Part shown: positions 7,921 to 20,128 of the stretch, in pieces
How positions within the stretch are numbered: the first letter of the stretch is position 1
Layout: each line of letters starts with the position of its first letter
DNA from: an uncultured Planctomycetaceae bacterium
GTDB lineage: Bacteria; Planctomycetota; Phycisphaerae; SM23-33
Direction of reading: 5' to 3'
Assembly: GCA_964388425.1 (NCBI GenBank)
Contig: CAYMAP010000001.1
Coordinates: forward strand, 1 to 40,062
DNA: 40,062 bases
Program-made: the position numbers and the translations under genes
Notes under the pieces: generated by a model
What the model was told of the DNA's origin: nothing
Databases searched by the model: none
Seen by the model: only the letters and a program-made list of their open reading frames with translations

Positions 7921-8011
7921 CATAACGTAGAATTCACAATTCATTCTTGCCCCAACATGCCTGACCACGGGCTGGAACAGTGGGAGTCCCCGAGAAACGG
8001 ACGAGGAAACG

Positions 8012-8695
8012 ATGAGCAAACGCAGCAAAATCTACGAGGCGAACCGCAAGAAGCTGCCGGACAGTCCCGTCCCGCTGGCCGAGGCGGTCAAGACGCTGAA
8101 GACCTTCAACGGCACGAAGTTCGATCAGACGGTCGAACTGGTCATGCACCTGGGGATTGACCCCAAGCAGGCGGACCAGGCTTTCCGCGGGTCGATCTCC
8201 CTGCCGCACGGCATCGGCAAGACCAAGAAGGTCATCGCCTTCTGCGAGGGCTCGGACGCCGCCGCCGCCAAAGAGACCGGGGCCGTCGAGGCCGGCGGCG
8301 AGGAACTGGTTCAGAAGATTTCCGACGGCTGGATGGACTTCGATGTCGCCATCGCGCACCCGAAGATGATGAAGGTCGTCAGCAAACTCGGCCGGGTGCT
8401 CGGTCCGTCGGGGCTGATGCCTTCCCCCAAGGCCGGTACTGTCACGCCGGACGTTGCCGATGCCGTCAAGGAATTCGCAGCCGGGAAAGTCGAGTACCGC
8501 AACGACGACGGCGGGAACCTCCACGTCCCGGTCGGCAAGATGAGCTTCGAGGATCAGAAACTCATCGACAACATCGATCACTTCCTGTCGTACATCAAGA
8601 AAAACCGTCCCTCGACGACGAAAGGTACATTTTTGAGGCGTATTTGCGTGACGGCGACAATGACCCCGTCGGTGGATGTGGCGATCGGAAGCTGA
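8012..8695 (+). CDS. rplA: 50S ribosomal protein L1
   Basis: Sequence resembles L1 throughout ([14 protein letters not shown]..., [27 protein letters not shown]). Canonical position after rplK. Confidence 0.96.
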   Translation: MSKRSKIYEANRKKLPDSPVPLAEAVKTLKTFNGTKFDQTVELVMHLGIDPKQADQAFRGSISLPHGIGKTKKVIAFCEGSDAAAAKETGAVEAGGEELVQKISDGWMDFDVAIAHPKMMKVVSKLGRVLGPSGLMPSPKAGTVTPDVADAVKEFAAGKVEYRNDDGGNLHVPVGKMSFEDQKLIDNIDHFLSYIKKNRPSTTKGTFLRRICVTATMTPSVDVAIGS

Positions 8696-8783
8696 ACGGC
8701 CCGATCAAGCCCCGATCTCCCCGAGATAACTTCCATGGGCCGGCGTGAAACGGTTGGCCCGGACGTAAGAAGCGAGAGCGATC

Positions 8784-9308
8784 ATGAGCAAACCCGTCAA
8801 AGAGCTGATGCGTAAGGAATACGCCAGTCGATTCGAGTCCGTCACGAGCGTGGCGGTCTGCTGCTACAGCGGGCTGGACGCCGACCAGACCTACATGATG
8901 CGCAGCCGACTGGCTGAGAAAGACATCCAGTTCACCGTCGTGAAGAATTCGCTGGCGAAGCAGGCGTTCGCGGAGAACGGTATCGAGCAGGCGGGCGAAC
9001 TGCTGGACGGTCCCTGTGCCGTTGCCTGGGGTGCCGACAGCGTCGTCACGGTCGTTCGCGAGCTGCAGGACATCGCCAAGGAAGCACCGACCCTGACCAT
9101 ACGCGGTGCGTTGCTGGACGGCGAGGTCTTCGCCGGAGCCGACGACGTGGATCGGCTCAGCAAGTTCCCGACGCGAGACGAGGCGATCAGCCAGGTCGTC
9201 CAGTGCATGCTGTCGGCCGGCGCGAACGTGGCCGGCTGCCTCATCGGACCGGCAGGGTCCATCGCCGGCATCCTCAAGGCTATCGAGGAAAAAGACGAAG
9301 CGGCATGA
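8784..9308 (+). CDS. rplJ: 50S ribosomal protein L10
   Basis: 174-aa ORF between rplA and rplL, with L10-like sequence (FTVVKNSLAKQA...). Confidence 0.93.
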   Translation: MSKPVKELMRKEYASRFESVTSVAVCCYSGLDADQTYMMRSRLAEKDIQFTVVKNSLAKQAFAENGIEQAGELLDGPCAVAWGADSVVTVVRELQDIAKEAPTLTIRGALLDGEVFAGADDVDRLSKFPTRDEAISQVVQCMLSAGANVAGCLIGPAGSIAGILKAIEEKDEAA

Positions 9309-9559
9309 ACAGGCTGTCAGCCATGAGCTTTCAGCTAACAGCAAAGAGAATAGAAAGACAACCGCCGAGGCGCAGAGGCTGCAGAAAAGAAACAGGTTTT
9401 TCTATTGTCTCTGAGTCCTTTGCGTCCTCTGCGGTTTGAACCAAAAGCGCATGAATAACCGGTCGGCTGCGGATTGGGTCCGGATTGCCCGGGCTGAAAT
9501 GAGGCCAGCGGGGCCTCGCCTATCAGGCCGGCGAACTTTTGCATAGTGGAGATTGAACA

Positions 9560-10009
9560 ATGGCTGAAGAAGAAGCTGCCGTGGCCGACGCCACCGAAGA
9601 AGCCCCCGCGACCAGCGGGAAGGAATTTGACGCCTCGATCAAGGAACTGGGCGACAAGATTGCCGCCCTGAGCCTCAAGGAGGCCGTCGATCTGAAGGAC
9701 TACCTCAAGGACGCCTACGGCATCGAGCCCGCGGCGGGTGGCGCGGTCATGATGGCCGGTCCGGCCGGCGGCGAAGGTGCGGCCGAGGAAGAGGAAAAGA
9801 CCGCCTTCGACGTCGTCCTCAAGGACGCCGGCGACAAGAAGATTCAAGTCATCAAGGCCGTTCGCGCCCTGACGAACCTCGGGCTGAAGGAAGCCAAGGA
9901 ACTCGTCGAAGGAGCGCCCAAGCCCGTCAAGGAAGGCGTGCCCAAGGAAGAGGCCGAGGAAGCCAAAGCCCAGCTCGAAGAAGCCGGTGCGACCGTTTCC
10001 GTGGAGTAA
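9560..10009 (+). CDS. rplL: 50S ribosomal protein L7/L12 with an acidic N-terminal extension of about 24 aa
   Basis: C-terminal domain [56 protein letters not shown]. An Ala/Gly hinge is present. SD GGAG lies upstream. Confidence 0.96.
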   Translation: MAEEEAAVADATEEAPATSGKEFDASIKELGDKIAALSLKEAVDLKDYLKDAYGIEPAAGGAVMMAGPAGGEGAAEEEEKTAFDVVLKDAGDKKIQVIKAVRALTNLGLKEAKELVEGAPKPVKEGVPKEEAEEAKAQLEEAGATVSVE

Positions 10010-10115
10010 TCAAGCTGTCAGCTATATGAGCTATGAGCTAGCGGCAAGAAGTACATGTCATGTAAAGATGGGACGCTTTGTGGTCTTTCAGCGAACAGCT
10101 ATCAGCAATCCGCGT

Positions 10116-10141
10116 GCCTCCGGGCTTGATCGCCCGGAGGT
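10116..10141 (+). terminator. Attenuator-like GC hairpin between rplL and rpoB
   Basis: GCCTCCGGGC-TTGATC-GCCCGGAGGT forms 9 Watson-Crick pairs plus one G-U. It is followed by a T-poor tail (GCTCTTGCCCC). The position parallels the known partial terminator in the E. coli rplL-rpoB spacer. Confidence 0.35.
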
Positions 10142-10253
10142 GCTCTTGCCCCAACGGGCAGGCCGATAGAATGAATCGTCCCGGGACGGGTCGATTCGGA
10201 TGGCGGCCGAAGTATGAATGAGAATCGGTGCAAGTGCACCCAGGGATCAGCGC

Positions 10254-14030
<3,777 letters not shown>

Positions 14031-14088
14031 AGCAGAAAGCGAAACGGCACAATGCAAAACGCGAATTGCTTTAGAAGGAGCATATATC

Positions 14089-17000
14089 ATGGCTGAAAGC
14101 GTATACGACCGCATTAACGACTACGGCTCGGTGAAGATTCAACTGGCCAGTCCCAACGACATTCGAAGCTGGTCGTTCGGCGAGGTCAAGAAACCCGAGA
14201 CGATCAACTACCGGACCTACCGCCCGGAAAAGGACGGCCTGTTCTGCGAGCGCATCTTCGGGCCCGAGCGGGACTGGGAATGCGCCTGCGGGAAGTACAA
14301 GGGCACGAAGCACAAGGGCATCATCTGCGACCGCTGCGGCGTGAAGGTCACCCACAGCCGGGTCCGCCGAAAGCGCATGGGCCACATCAACCTCGCCGCG
14401 CCGGTCGTACACATCTGGTTCTTCAAGGCCCTGCCTAGCCGGCTTGGGACGCTGCTGGACATGCGCACCGCGGACCTAGAGAAGATCATCCTCTTCCAGG
14501 ACTACGTCATCACCGACCCCGGCCAGACGCCGCTGAAGTACAAGCAGGTCCTCACCGAGGACGAGCACCGCAGCGCTCGGGAGAAGTACGGCAGCGACTT
14601 CAAGGCGGGCATGGGCGCCGAGGCGATCTTCGAACTGCTCGACGCCATGGACCTCGACTCGCTCGTGGTGGAACTGCGGGACGATTTGGGCAAGACCAAC
14701 AGCAAGCAGAAGATCAAAGACCTCGCCAAACGGCTGAAGCTCGTCGAGGGCCTGCGCGGCAGCGGCAACCACCCGACGTGGATGGTCCAGGAAGTCATCC
14801 CCGTCATCCCGCCGGACCTCCGGCCGCTGGTGATGCTCGAGAGCGGCAACTTCGCCACCAGCGACCTCAACGACCTGTACCGCCGGATCATCAACCGGAA
14901 CAATCGGCTCAAAAAGCTCATGGACCTCAATGCCCCGGACGTCATCATCCGCAATGAAAAGCGGATGCTGCAGCAGGCCGTCGATGCGCTGTTCGACAAC
15001 AGCCGCTGCCGACGACCCGTCCAGGGCACGGCCAATCGCCCGCTGAAGTCCCTGACCGACATGATCAAGGGCAAGCAGGGGCGATTCCGCGAGAACCTGC
15101 TGGGCAAACGCGTCGACTACTCCGGGCGTAGCGTCATCGTGGTCGGGCCTGAACTGAAACTCAACCAGTGCGGGCTGCCGAAGAAAATCGCGCTGGAACT
15201 CTTCCAGCCGTTCATTATCCGCAAGCTCAAGGACCGCGGGCTGGCGGACACGATCAAATCGGCCAAGAAAATGCTCGAACGTCGCGAGCGGGAAATCTGG
15301 GACGTCCTCGAAGAGGTCATCTACCAGCACCCGGTGCTGCTGAACCGCGCGCCGACGCTTCACCGCATGGGCATCCAGGGCTTCGAGCCGGTCCTCGTCG
15401 AGGGCAACGCCATCAAAGTCCATCCGCTGGTCTGCAGGGGCTTCAACGCGGACTTCGACGGCGACCAGATGGCCGTCCACCTCCCGCTTTCCGTCGAGGC
15501 CCAGGCCGAGGCACACGTGCTGATTATGGCCACGAACAATATTTTCAGCCCCGCCAACGGCAGCCCGATGATGGCCCCGACGCAGGACATGGTGCTCGGC
15601 ATCTACTACCTCACCAGCGACAAGGGCCACGAGCACGCCCACCCGGGCCTGCGAAAAGTCGAGTACAACGGCATGTCCCTGCCGGCCTTCAGCGATGAGC
15701 ACGAGGCGCTGCTGGCCAACGAGAACGGGCTGATCGGCATGCACGCGCCGCTGCTGGTCCGCTGCCCGAAGGACCGCGAGGTCATCGAAGCCGATAGCAG
15801 CTACACCGCCGAGGACGGCAAGCTCGTCACGACCGTCGGTCGCATCCTTTTCAACGACATCCTCCCGAAGGGGCTGAGCTACTACAACTACCCGCTCGGC
15901 GGCAAGGGCGCGGGGCGGGTCATCAGCGACTGCTACGCCCGCCTGGGCCGGCGGGACACGCTGGACCTGCTCGACCAGATCAAGGACATCGGGTTCAAGT
16001 ATTCGACGCTGGCGGCGTTGAGCTTCGGCATCACCGACGCGAAGATCCCCGACGCCAAGCCGGCGATTTTGGCCGAAGCGCAGAAGCGGGTCGACCAGAT
16101 CGAGAAGGACTACCACGCCGACGCCATCACCTCCGGCGAGCGGTACAACCAGATCATCGACGTCTGGATTCACGCACGCGAGGAAGTCACCGCCAGCCTC
16201 ATCAAAGCCCTCAAGGCCGACACCCGCAAGGACGACCCGGGCTACCTCAACCCGGTCTACCTGATGACCGACTCCGGCGCCCGCGGCAAGATCGACCAGA
16301 TCCGCCAGCTCGCCGGGATGCGAGGGCTGATGTCCAAGCCCTCCGGCGAGATCATCGAGACGCCCATCAAGGCCAACTTCCGCGAGGGCCTGACCGTGCT
16401 GGAGTACTTCAGTTCGACGCACGGTGCCCGCAAGGGTCTGGCCGATACCGCCCTGAAGACCGCCGACTCGGGCTACCTCACGCGGAAACTCGCCGACGTC
16501 GCCCAGAACGTCATCATCAACGAGCTGGACTGCGGGACGCTTCGCGGCATCAGCAAGCGGGCGATTTACAAGGGCGAGCAGGTCGACGTGCCCCTGCGTG
16601 AGATGATCATCGGCCGGGCCGCGCGGGACACCATCACCGACCCGCGGACCGACACCGTGCTGGTGAAGGAAAACGAGGTCATCACCGACGCCATCGCCCG
16701 GTCCATCGAGGAGATGGGCCTGGAGGAAATCCGCGTCCGCAGCCCGCTGACGTGCGAAAGCCCCCTGGGCGTCTGTGCGAAATGCTACGGCCTGGATATG
16801 TCCACGGGCCGACTCGTCGAGGAAGGGCTCGCCGTCGGGATCATCGGCGCGCAGTCTATCGGCGAGCCGGGCACGCAGTTGACGATGCGGACCTTCCACA
16901 CCGGCGGGACCGCGACCCGGGCGGTCATCGAGTCGGAAATCACCGCCGGCGTCGGCGGGACCGTCGAGTACCGCAACCTCAACGCCGTCGAGGACCAGCA

Positions 17001-18411
17001 AGCCCAGAACAAGGGCTGGGTCGCGCTGAAACGTCAGGGCGAGATCGGCATCCTCGACGAGAAGGGCCGCGAGCTCGAGAAGTACAAGGTCAGTTACGGT
17101 TCGCACCTCATCGTCGCCGACGGCGCGACGGTCAAGCCGGGCCAGCGGTTGTGCTGGTGGGACCCGCACCGCACGCCCACCCTCGCCGAGGCCGAGGGCA
17201 TCGTCCGGTTCCAGGACATCAAGGAAGGCGAGACGGTCCGCATCGAGGAAGCGACCAAGGGTGCCAAGGCCCGCTACGTGGTCGTCGAGCACAAGGGCGA
17301 GATGCACCCGCGGATTGTCATCGAGGACAAGAGCGGCAAGATCCTCGACTTCCACTACCTGCCCGCCAAGGCCCGTATCGAGGTCGAGGAAGGCCAGTCC
17401 GTCCAGCCCGGCGAACTCCTCGCCCGCCAGCCCCGGGAGACCTCCGGCACGCAGGATATCACCGGCGGGCTGCCTCGCGTGACGGAAATTTTCGAGGCCC
17501 GAAAGCCGAAGGAACCCGCCGCCATGGCGGAAATCTCCGGGCGGGTTGAGCTGCGGACCGACAAACGCCGCGGCAAGATGACCATCCTCGTGCACGCCGA
17601 GAGCGGCATGGAGCGCGAACACCATGTCCCGCACGACCGGCATCTGCTGGTGCATACGGGCGACTACGTCGAGGCCGGCGATCCGCTGACCGAGGGCCCC
17701 ATGGTCCCGCACGACATCCTGGACATCCGCGGCGAGGAAGCGCTGCAGAACTATCTCCTCAGCGAGGTCCAGAGCGTCTACCGCTCCCAGGGCGTGACGA
17801 TCAACGACAAACACATCGAGATCATCCTCCTGCAGATGCTGCGGAAGGTGCGGATCGAGTCCGTCGGGGACAGCCAACTGCTTCCGGGCGACGTGGTCGA
17901 CAAGTTTACGTTCCGCGGGGAGAACGAACGGCTGGCCAAGTCGCTGCGGGTGATCGACCCCGGCGACACGTCGTACGTCGAAGGCGACATCGTGCTCCGC
18001 GAGGAGATCGAGTCCGCCAACGCCGAGGCTGAGGCTACCGGAGGCCAGCCGGCCAAGACCAAGCGGCCCCGGCCGGCGACGGCCCGGACGCTGCTGCTGG
18101 GCATCACCAAGGCCAGCCTGCAGTCCGAAAGCTTCTTGTCGGCCGCCAGCTTCCAGGAAAGCACCAAGGTCTTTACCGAGGCGTCGCTGTCGGGCAAGAT
18201 CGACGAACTCCGCGGCCTGAAGGAGAACGTGATTCTCGGCCACCTGATCCCGGCCGGTACGAGCTTCAAGCCCTACATCGAGATGCGGACCCGTAAGTCA
18301 GTCGAGGAAGACCTCGAACAGGCCATCGCCGACTCCGAGGCCATGAGCGACGCCCAGATCGCCGAAGCCGTCCAGCAGGCCCTGGGAGGCGGGACCGCGG
18401 TCAGCGAATAA
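14089..18411 (+). CDS. rpoC: DNA-directed RNA polymerase subunit beta'
   Basis: Zn-finger [21 protein letters not shown], catalytic [12 protein letters not shown], and trigger-loop/bridge regions. SD AAGGAG lies upstream of ATG 14089. Confidence 0.98.
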   Translation: MAESVYDRINDYGSVKIQLASPNDIRSWSFGEVKKPETINYRTYRPEKDGLFCERIFGPERDWECACGKYKGTKHKGIICDRCGVKVTHSRVRRKRMGHINLAAPVVHIWFFKALPSRLGTLLDMRTADLEKIILFQDYVITDPGQTPLKYKQVLTEDEHRSAREKYGSDFKAGMGAEAIFELLDAMDLDSLVVELRDDLGKTNSKQKIKDLAKRLKLVEGLRGSGNHPTWMVQEVIPVIPPDLRPLVMLESGNFATSDLNDLYRRIINRNNRLKKLMDLNAPDVIIRNEKRMLQQAVDALFDNSRCRRPVQGTANRPLKSLTDMIKGKQGRFRENLLGKRVDYSGRSVIVVGPELKLNQCGLPKKIALELFQPFIIRKLKDRGLADTIKSAKKMLERREREIWDVLEEVIYQHPVLLNRAPTLHRMGIQGFEPVLVEGNAIKVHPLVCRGFNADFDGDQMAVHLPLSVEAQAEAHVLIMATNNIFSPANGSPMMAPTQDMVLGIYYLTSDKGHEHAHPGLRKVEYNGMSLPAFSDEHEALLANENGLIGMHAPLLVRCPKDREVIEADSSYTAEDGKLVTTVGRILFNDILPKGLSYYNYPLGGKGAGRVISDCYARLGRRDTLDLLDQIKDIGFKYSTLAALSFGITDAKIPDAKPAILAEAQKRVDQIEKDYHADAITSGERYNQIIDVWIHAREEVTASLIKALKADTRKDDPGYLNPVYLMTDSGARGKIDQIRQLAGMRGLMSKPSGEIIETPIKANFREGLTVLEYFSSTHGARKGLADTALKTADSGYLTRKLADVAQNVIINELDCGTLRGISKRAIYKGEQVDVPLREMIIGRAARDTITDPRTDTVLVKENEVITDAIARSIEEMGLEEIRVRSPLTCESPLGVCAKCYGLDMSTGRLVEEGLAVGIIGAQSIGEPGTQLTMRTFHTGGTATRAVIESEITAGVGGTVEYRNLNAVEDQQAQNKGWVALKRQGEIGILDEKGRELEKYKVSYGSHLIVADGATVKPGQRLCWWDPHRTPTLAEAEGIVRFQDIKEGETVRIEEATKGAKARYVVVEHKGEMHPRIVIEDKSGKILDFHYLPAKARIEVEEGQSVQPGELLARQPRETSGTQDITGGLPRVTEIFEARKPKEPAAMAEISGRVELRTDKRRGKMTILVHAESGMEREHHVPHDRHLLVHTGDYVEAGDPLTEGPMVPHDILDIRGEEALQNYLLSEVQSVYRSQGVTINDKHIEIILLQMLRKVRIESVGDSQLLPGDVVDKFTFRGENERLAKSLRVIDPGDTSYVEGDIVLREEIESANAEAEATGGQPAKTKRPRPATARTLLLGITKASLQSESFLSAASFQESTKVFTEASLSGKIDELRGLKENVILGHLIPAGTSFKPYIEMRTRKSVEEDLEQAIADSEAMSDAQIAEAVQQALGGGTAVSE

Positions 18412-18447
18412 CCCCACACGTCACCAATACGAGAACGAGGAACGAGC

Positions 18448-18819
18448 ATGCCCACCATCAACCAGATGATTCGCAACCCCCGGCGGGTGCAGAAAGCCAA
18501 GAAGAAAAACCCCGCTCTGGACGAATGCCCTCAGAAGCGCGGCGTCTGCCTGCTGGTCAAGACCGTTACGCCGAAAAAGCCCAACTCCGCCCTTCGGAAA
18601 GTGGCCCGCGTTCGGCTGAGCAACGGCAAAGAGGTCAACGCCTACATCCCCGGCATCGACCACAACCTCCAGGAACACAGCATCGTGCTGCTGCGCGGAG
18701 GCAGGGTCCGCGACCTGCCCGGCGTGCGGTACCACATCGTCCGCGGGACGCTGGATACCCTCGGCGTCGACGCCCGCAAACAGGGACGAAGCAAGTACGG
18801 CGCGAAACGACCGAAATAG
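18448..18819 (+). CDS. rpsL: 30S ribosomal protein S12
   Basis: MPTINQMIR...[22 protein letters not shown]...[17 protein letters not shown]. Confidence 0.98.
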   Translation: MPTINQMIRNPRRVQKAKKKNPALDECPQKRGVCLLVKTVTPKKPNSALRKVARVRLSNGKEVNAYIPGIDHNLQEHSIVLLRGGRVRDLPGVRYHIVRGTLDTLGVDARKQGRSKYGAKRPK

Positions 18820-18993
18820 ATGAAACGCGATTAGCTTAAAGCGATTAGCTGTTCGCTCAGAAGACAAACACGGTCCTGAATTCTACGTTCTTTTCGCTTA
18901 CAGAGTACACCTTTATTCCCCACTCGGCGAAGTTGCCGAGAGTACTGGACGATTCCTAAACCGCCCCTTCGGGGCCCAGGAAACGAGGACGAC

Positions 18994-19470
18994 ATGCCCC
19001 GCAAGAAATTCACCTATTCCGACGAGCAGCTCTCGCCGGACCCCAAATTCCACAGCCGACTTCTGGCGAAGTTTATCAACGTGATGATGCAGGACGGCAA
19101 AAAGTGGGCCTCGCAGCGGATTCTGTACGATGCGCTGGGGATCATCGAAAAGAAAATCCAGGACGTCCCGCCGATCGAAGTCTTCGAGAAGGCGATCGAG
19201 AACGTCAAGCCCCGGATCGAGGTCCGATCGAAGCGGGTCGGCGGGGCGAACTACCAGGTACCCATGCCGGTCAGTTCCAAGCGTGCCCAGTCGCTGGCGA
19301 TGCGGTGGATTCGCGATTCGGTTCGCGGCGGCAAGGGCAGGCCAATCCACCAGCGGATGGCTGAGGAATTACTCGCGGCATATCGTGGTGAAGGCGCTGC
19401 CTGCCAGACGCGTGAGAACGTCCACCGGATGGCCGAGGCGAACAAAGCCTTCGCGCACTTCGCCTGGTAA
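18994..19470 (+). CDS. rpsG: 30S ribosomal protein S7
   Basis: MPRKKF...[11 protein letters not shown]...[16 protein letters not shown]...[10 protein letters not shown] is typical of S7. Confidence 0.97.
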   Translation: MPRKKFTYSDEQLSPDPKFHSRLLAKFINVMMQDGKKWASQRILYDALGIIEKKIQDVPPIEVFEKAIENVKPRIEVRSKRVGGANYQVPMPVSSKRAQSLAMRWIRDSVRGGKGRPIHQRMAEELLAAYRGEGAACQTRENVHRMAEANKAFAHFAW

Positions 19471-19478
19471 AGACGATG

Positions 19479-19616
19479 GTGTTTCGTGGCACCGGCATCC
19501 TGCCGGTCAGTGGCAGGGCCATCCTGGCCCTGATGTGTTTTGTTTCGACATGGGCAAGATGCCCATGCTGCTTATGGACGGGACGCCCATGCTTGCTCAT
19601 GGGCAAGATGTCCATG
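19479..19616. repeat. Cluster of REP-like hairpin units (family A) immediately downstream of rpsG
   Basis: TGTTTCGTGGC precedes hairpin 19491-19507 (ACCGGCATCCTGCCGGT). Further hairpins: 19514-19532 CAGGGCCATCCTGGCCCTG, 19549-19567 CATGGGCAAGATGCCCATG, 19585-19604 GCCCATGCTTGCTCATGGGC, and 19598-19616 CATGGGCAAGATGTCCATG. The first two are the inverted counterpart of 7189-7243. Confidence 0.75.
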
Positions 19617-19771
19617 CTACGGTTACGAGTGTTCGCCATCGCGTGCCGAGATGCCGGCGCTGAGCGTCGGCCGGCCGGTCTGGGGAGACCGGCACGCGGA
19701 GCCGATCATCGCGGGCACGGGGCCTGCGAAAGTATTCCCGCCCGAAGCCCGAAAAAATTCTACTCGGCGGC

Positions 19772-19800
19772 TTGACAGGCCCGCTCGGGTGTGAGATAGT
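19772..19800 (+). promoter_or_regulatory. Candidate sigma70 promoter for fusA: TTGACA-N17-GATAGT with an extended -10 TG
   Basis: TTGACA at 19772-19777, TG at 19792-19793, and GATAGT at 19795-19800. An A-tract (CGAAAAAATTC) lies 15-25 nt upstream of the -35. Confidence 0.5.
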
Positions 19801-19802
19801 AC

Positions 19803-20128
19803 TCCGTTCTCAACACAATCCTGGGGCGGGTCCTCCCGGCCTGCCCGAAAACGGTGACTGTTGAATCGCCGCAAGGTCCGCCTGTTCGGATGACGGGTGG
19901 AAACCGGCGAGCGATCCCGGCGGCGGGTCGGTCCTGCTGCCGGGACTCGCGATTGGCCTCCGGGCCAGAGATAAGACAACCGGGCCGACCTGCCCATCCC
20001 CGTGCCCCGGGGTCAAGGTCGGACTCGCCAGGTATGGCGGGGAAGGTGGCTCTACGGATAGATGCCCACCGGACCGCGCGGCGCGCGGAGGCGGTGTGCT
20101 GCCGGCTCCCCGCGCCAATGGAACGACC
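19803..20128 (+). promoter_or_regulatory. Long GC-rich untranslated leader, or an unclassified RNA, upstream of fusA
   Basis: About 325 nt lie between the predicted TSS and the fusA ATG, with no credible ORF (only Arg-rich shadow frames). Several local stems are present, e.g. TGGCC-TCCG-GGCCA (19953-19966, UNCG-type loop), CCCGGC...GCCGGG (19915-19943), and CCGCGC-GGC-GCGCGG (20074-20088). Confidence 0.3.

Noticed and set aside
9203-10169. Mini-ORFs in AT-rich spacers: MSFQLTAKRIERQ... at 9324, MSYELAARSTCHVKMG... at 10033, MSCQPRIQRQ... at 22220, and MSYEFGMMNENRT... at 7844.
   Set aside because: They begin inside the repeated ATGAGCT nucleotide motif and lack SD sequences. They have atypical codon usage for this genome and share similarity only at the DNA-motif level.
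14476-18243. A 1255-aa ORF antisense to rpoC. Similar long antisense ORFs occur at 3572-6205, 10257-11714, 11952-14114, 20798-22312 and 31968-33659.
   Set aside because: These are typical shadow ORFs of GC-rich genes, where stop codons are rare on the opposite strand. Their translations are Arg/Gly/Asp/Leu/Val-rich with no recognisable domains. Each lies fully inside a gene with unambiguous homology on the + strand.
19479-19616. Could the tandem hairpin units be a small CRISPR array?
   Set aside because: The units are heterogeneous 17-23 nt palindromes separated by irregular gaps of about 0-20 nt, and some overlap. They are not identical direct repeats of 25 nt or more separated by uniform unique spacers. 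No cas genes or leader are nearby.
19980-20100. Resemblance of parts of the fusA leader to SRP RNA helix 8 or RNase P. Examples: GGTCAAGGTCGGA..CAGGTATGGCGGGGAAGG..ACGGATAGATGCC versus 4.5S CAGGTCCGGAAGGAAGCAGCC..GGCAGATGAC, and an AGATG word as in RNase P.
   Set aside because: The diagnostic cores are missing: GGAAGCAGC with its GNAR-capped helix for SRP RNA, and GAGGAAAGUCC / ACAGAAnCCGGCUUA for RNase P. I could not draw the required helices. The similarity is limited to short GC-rich words.
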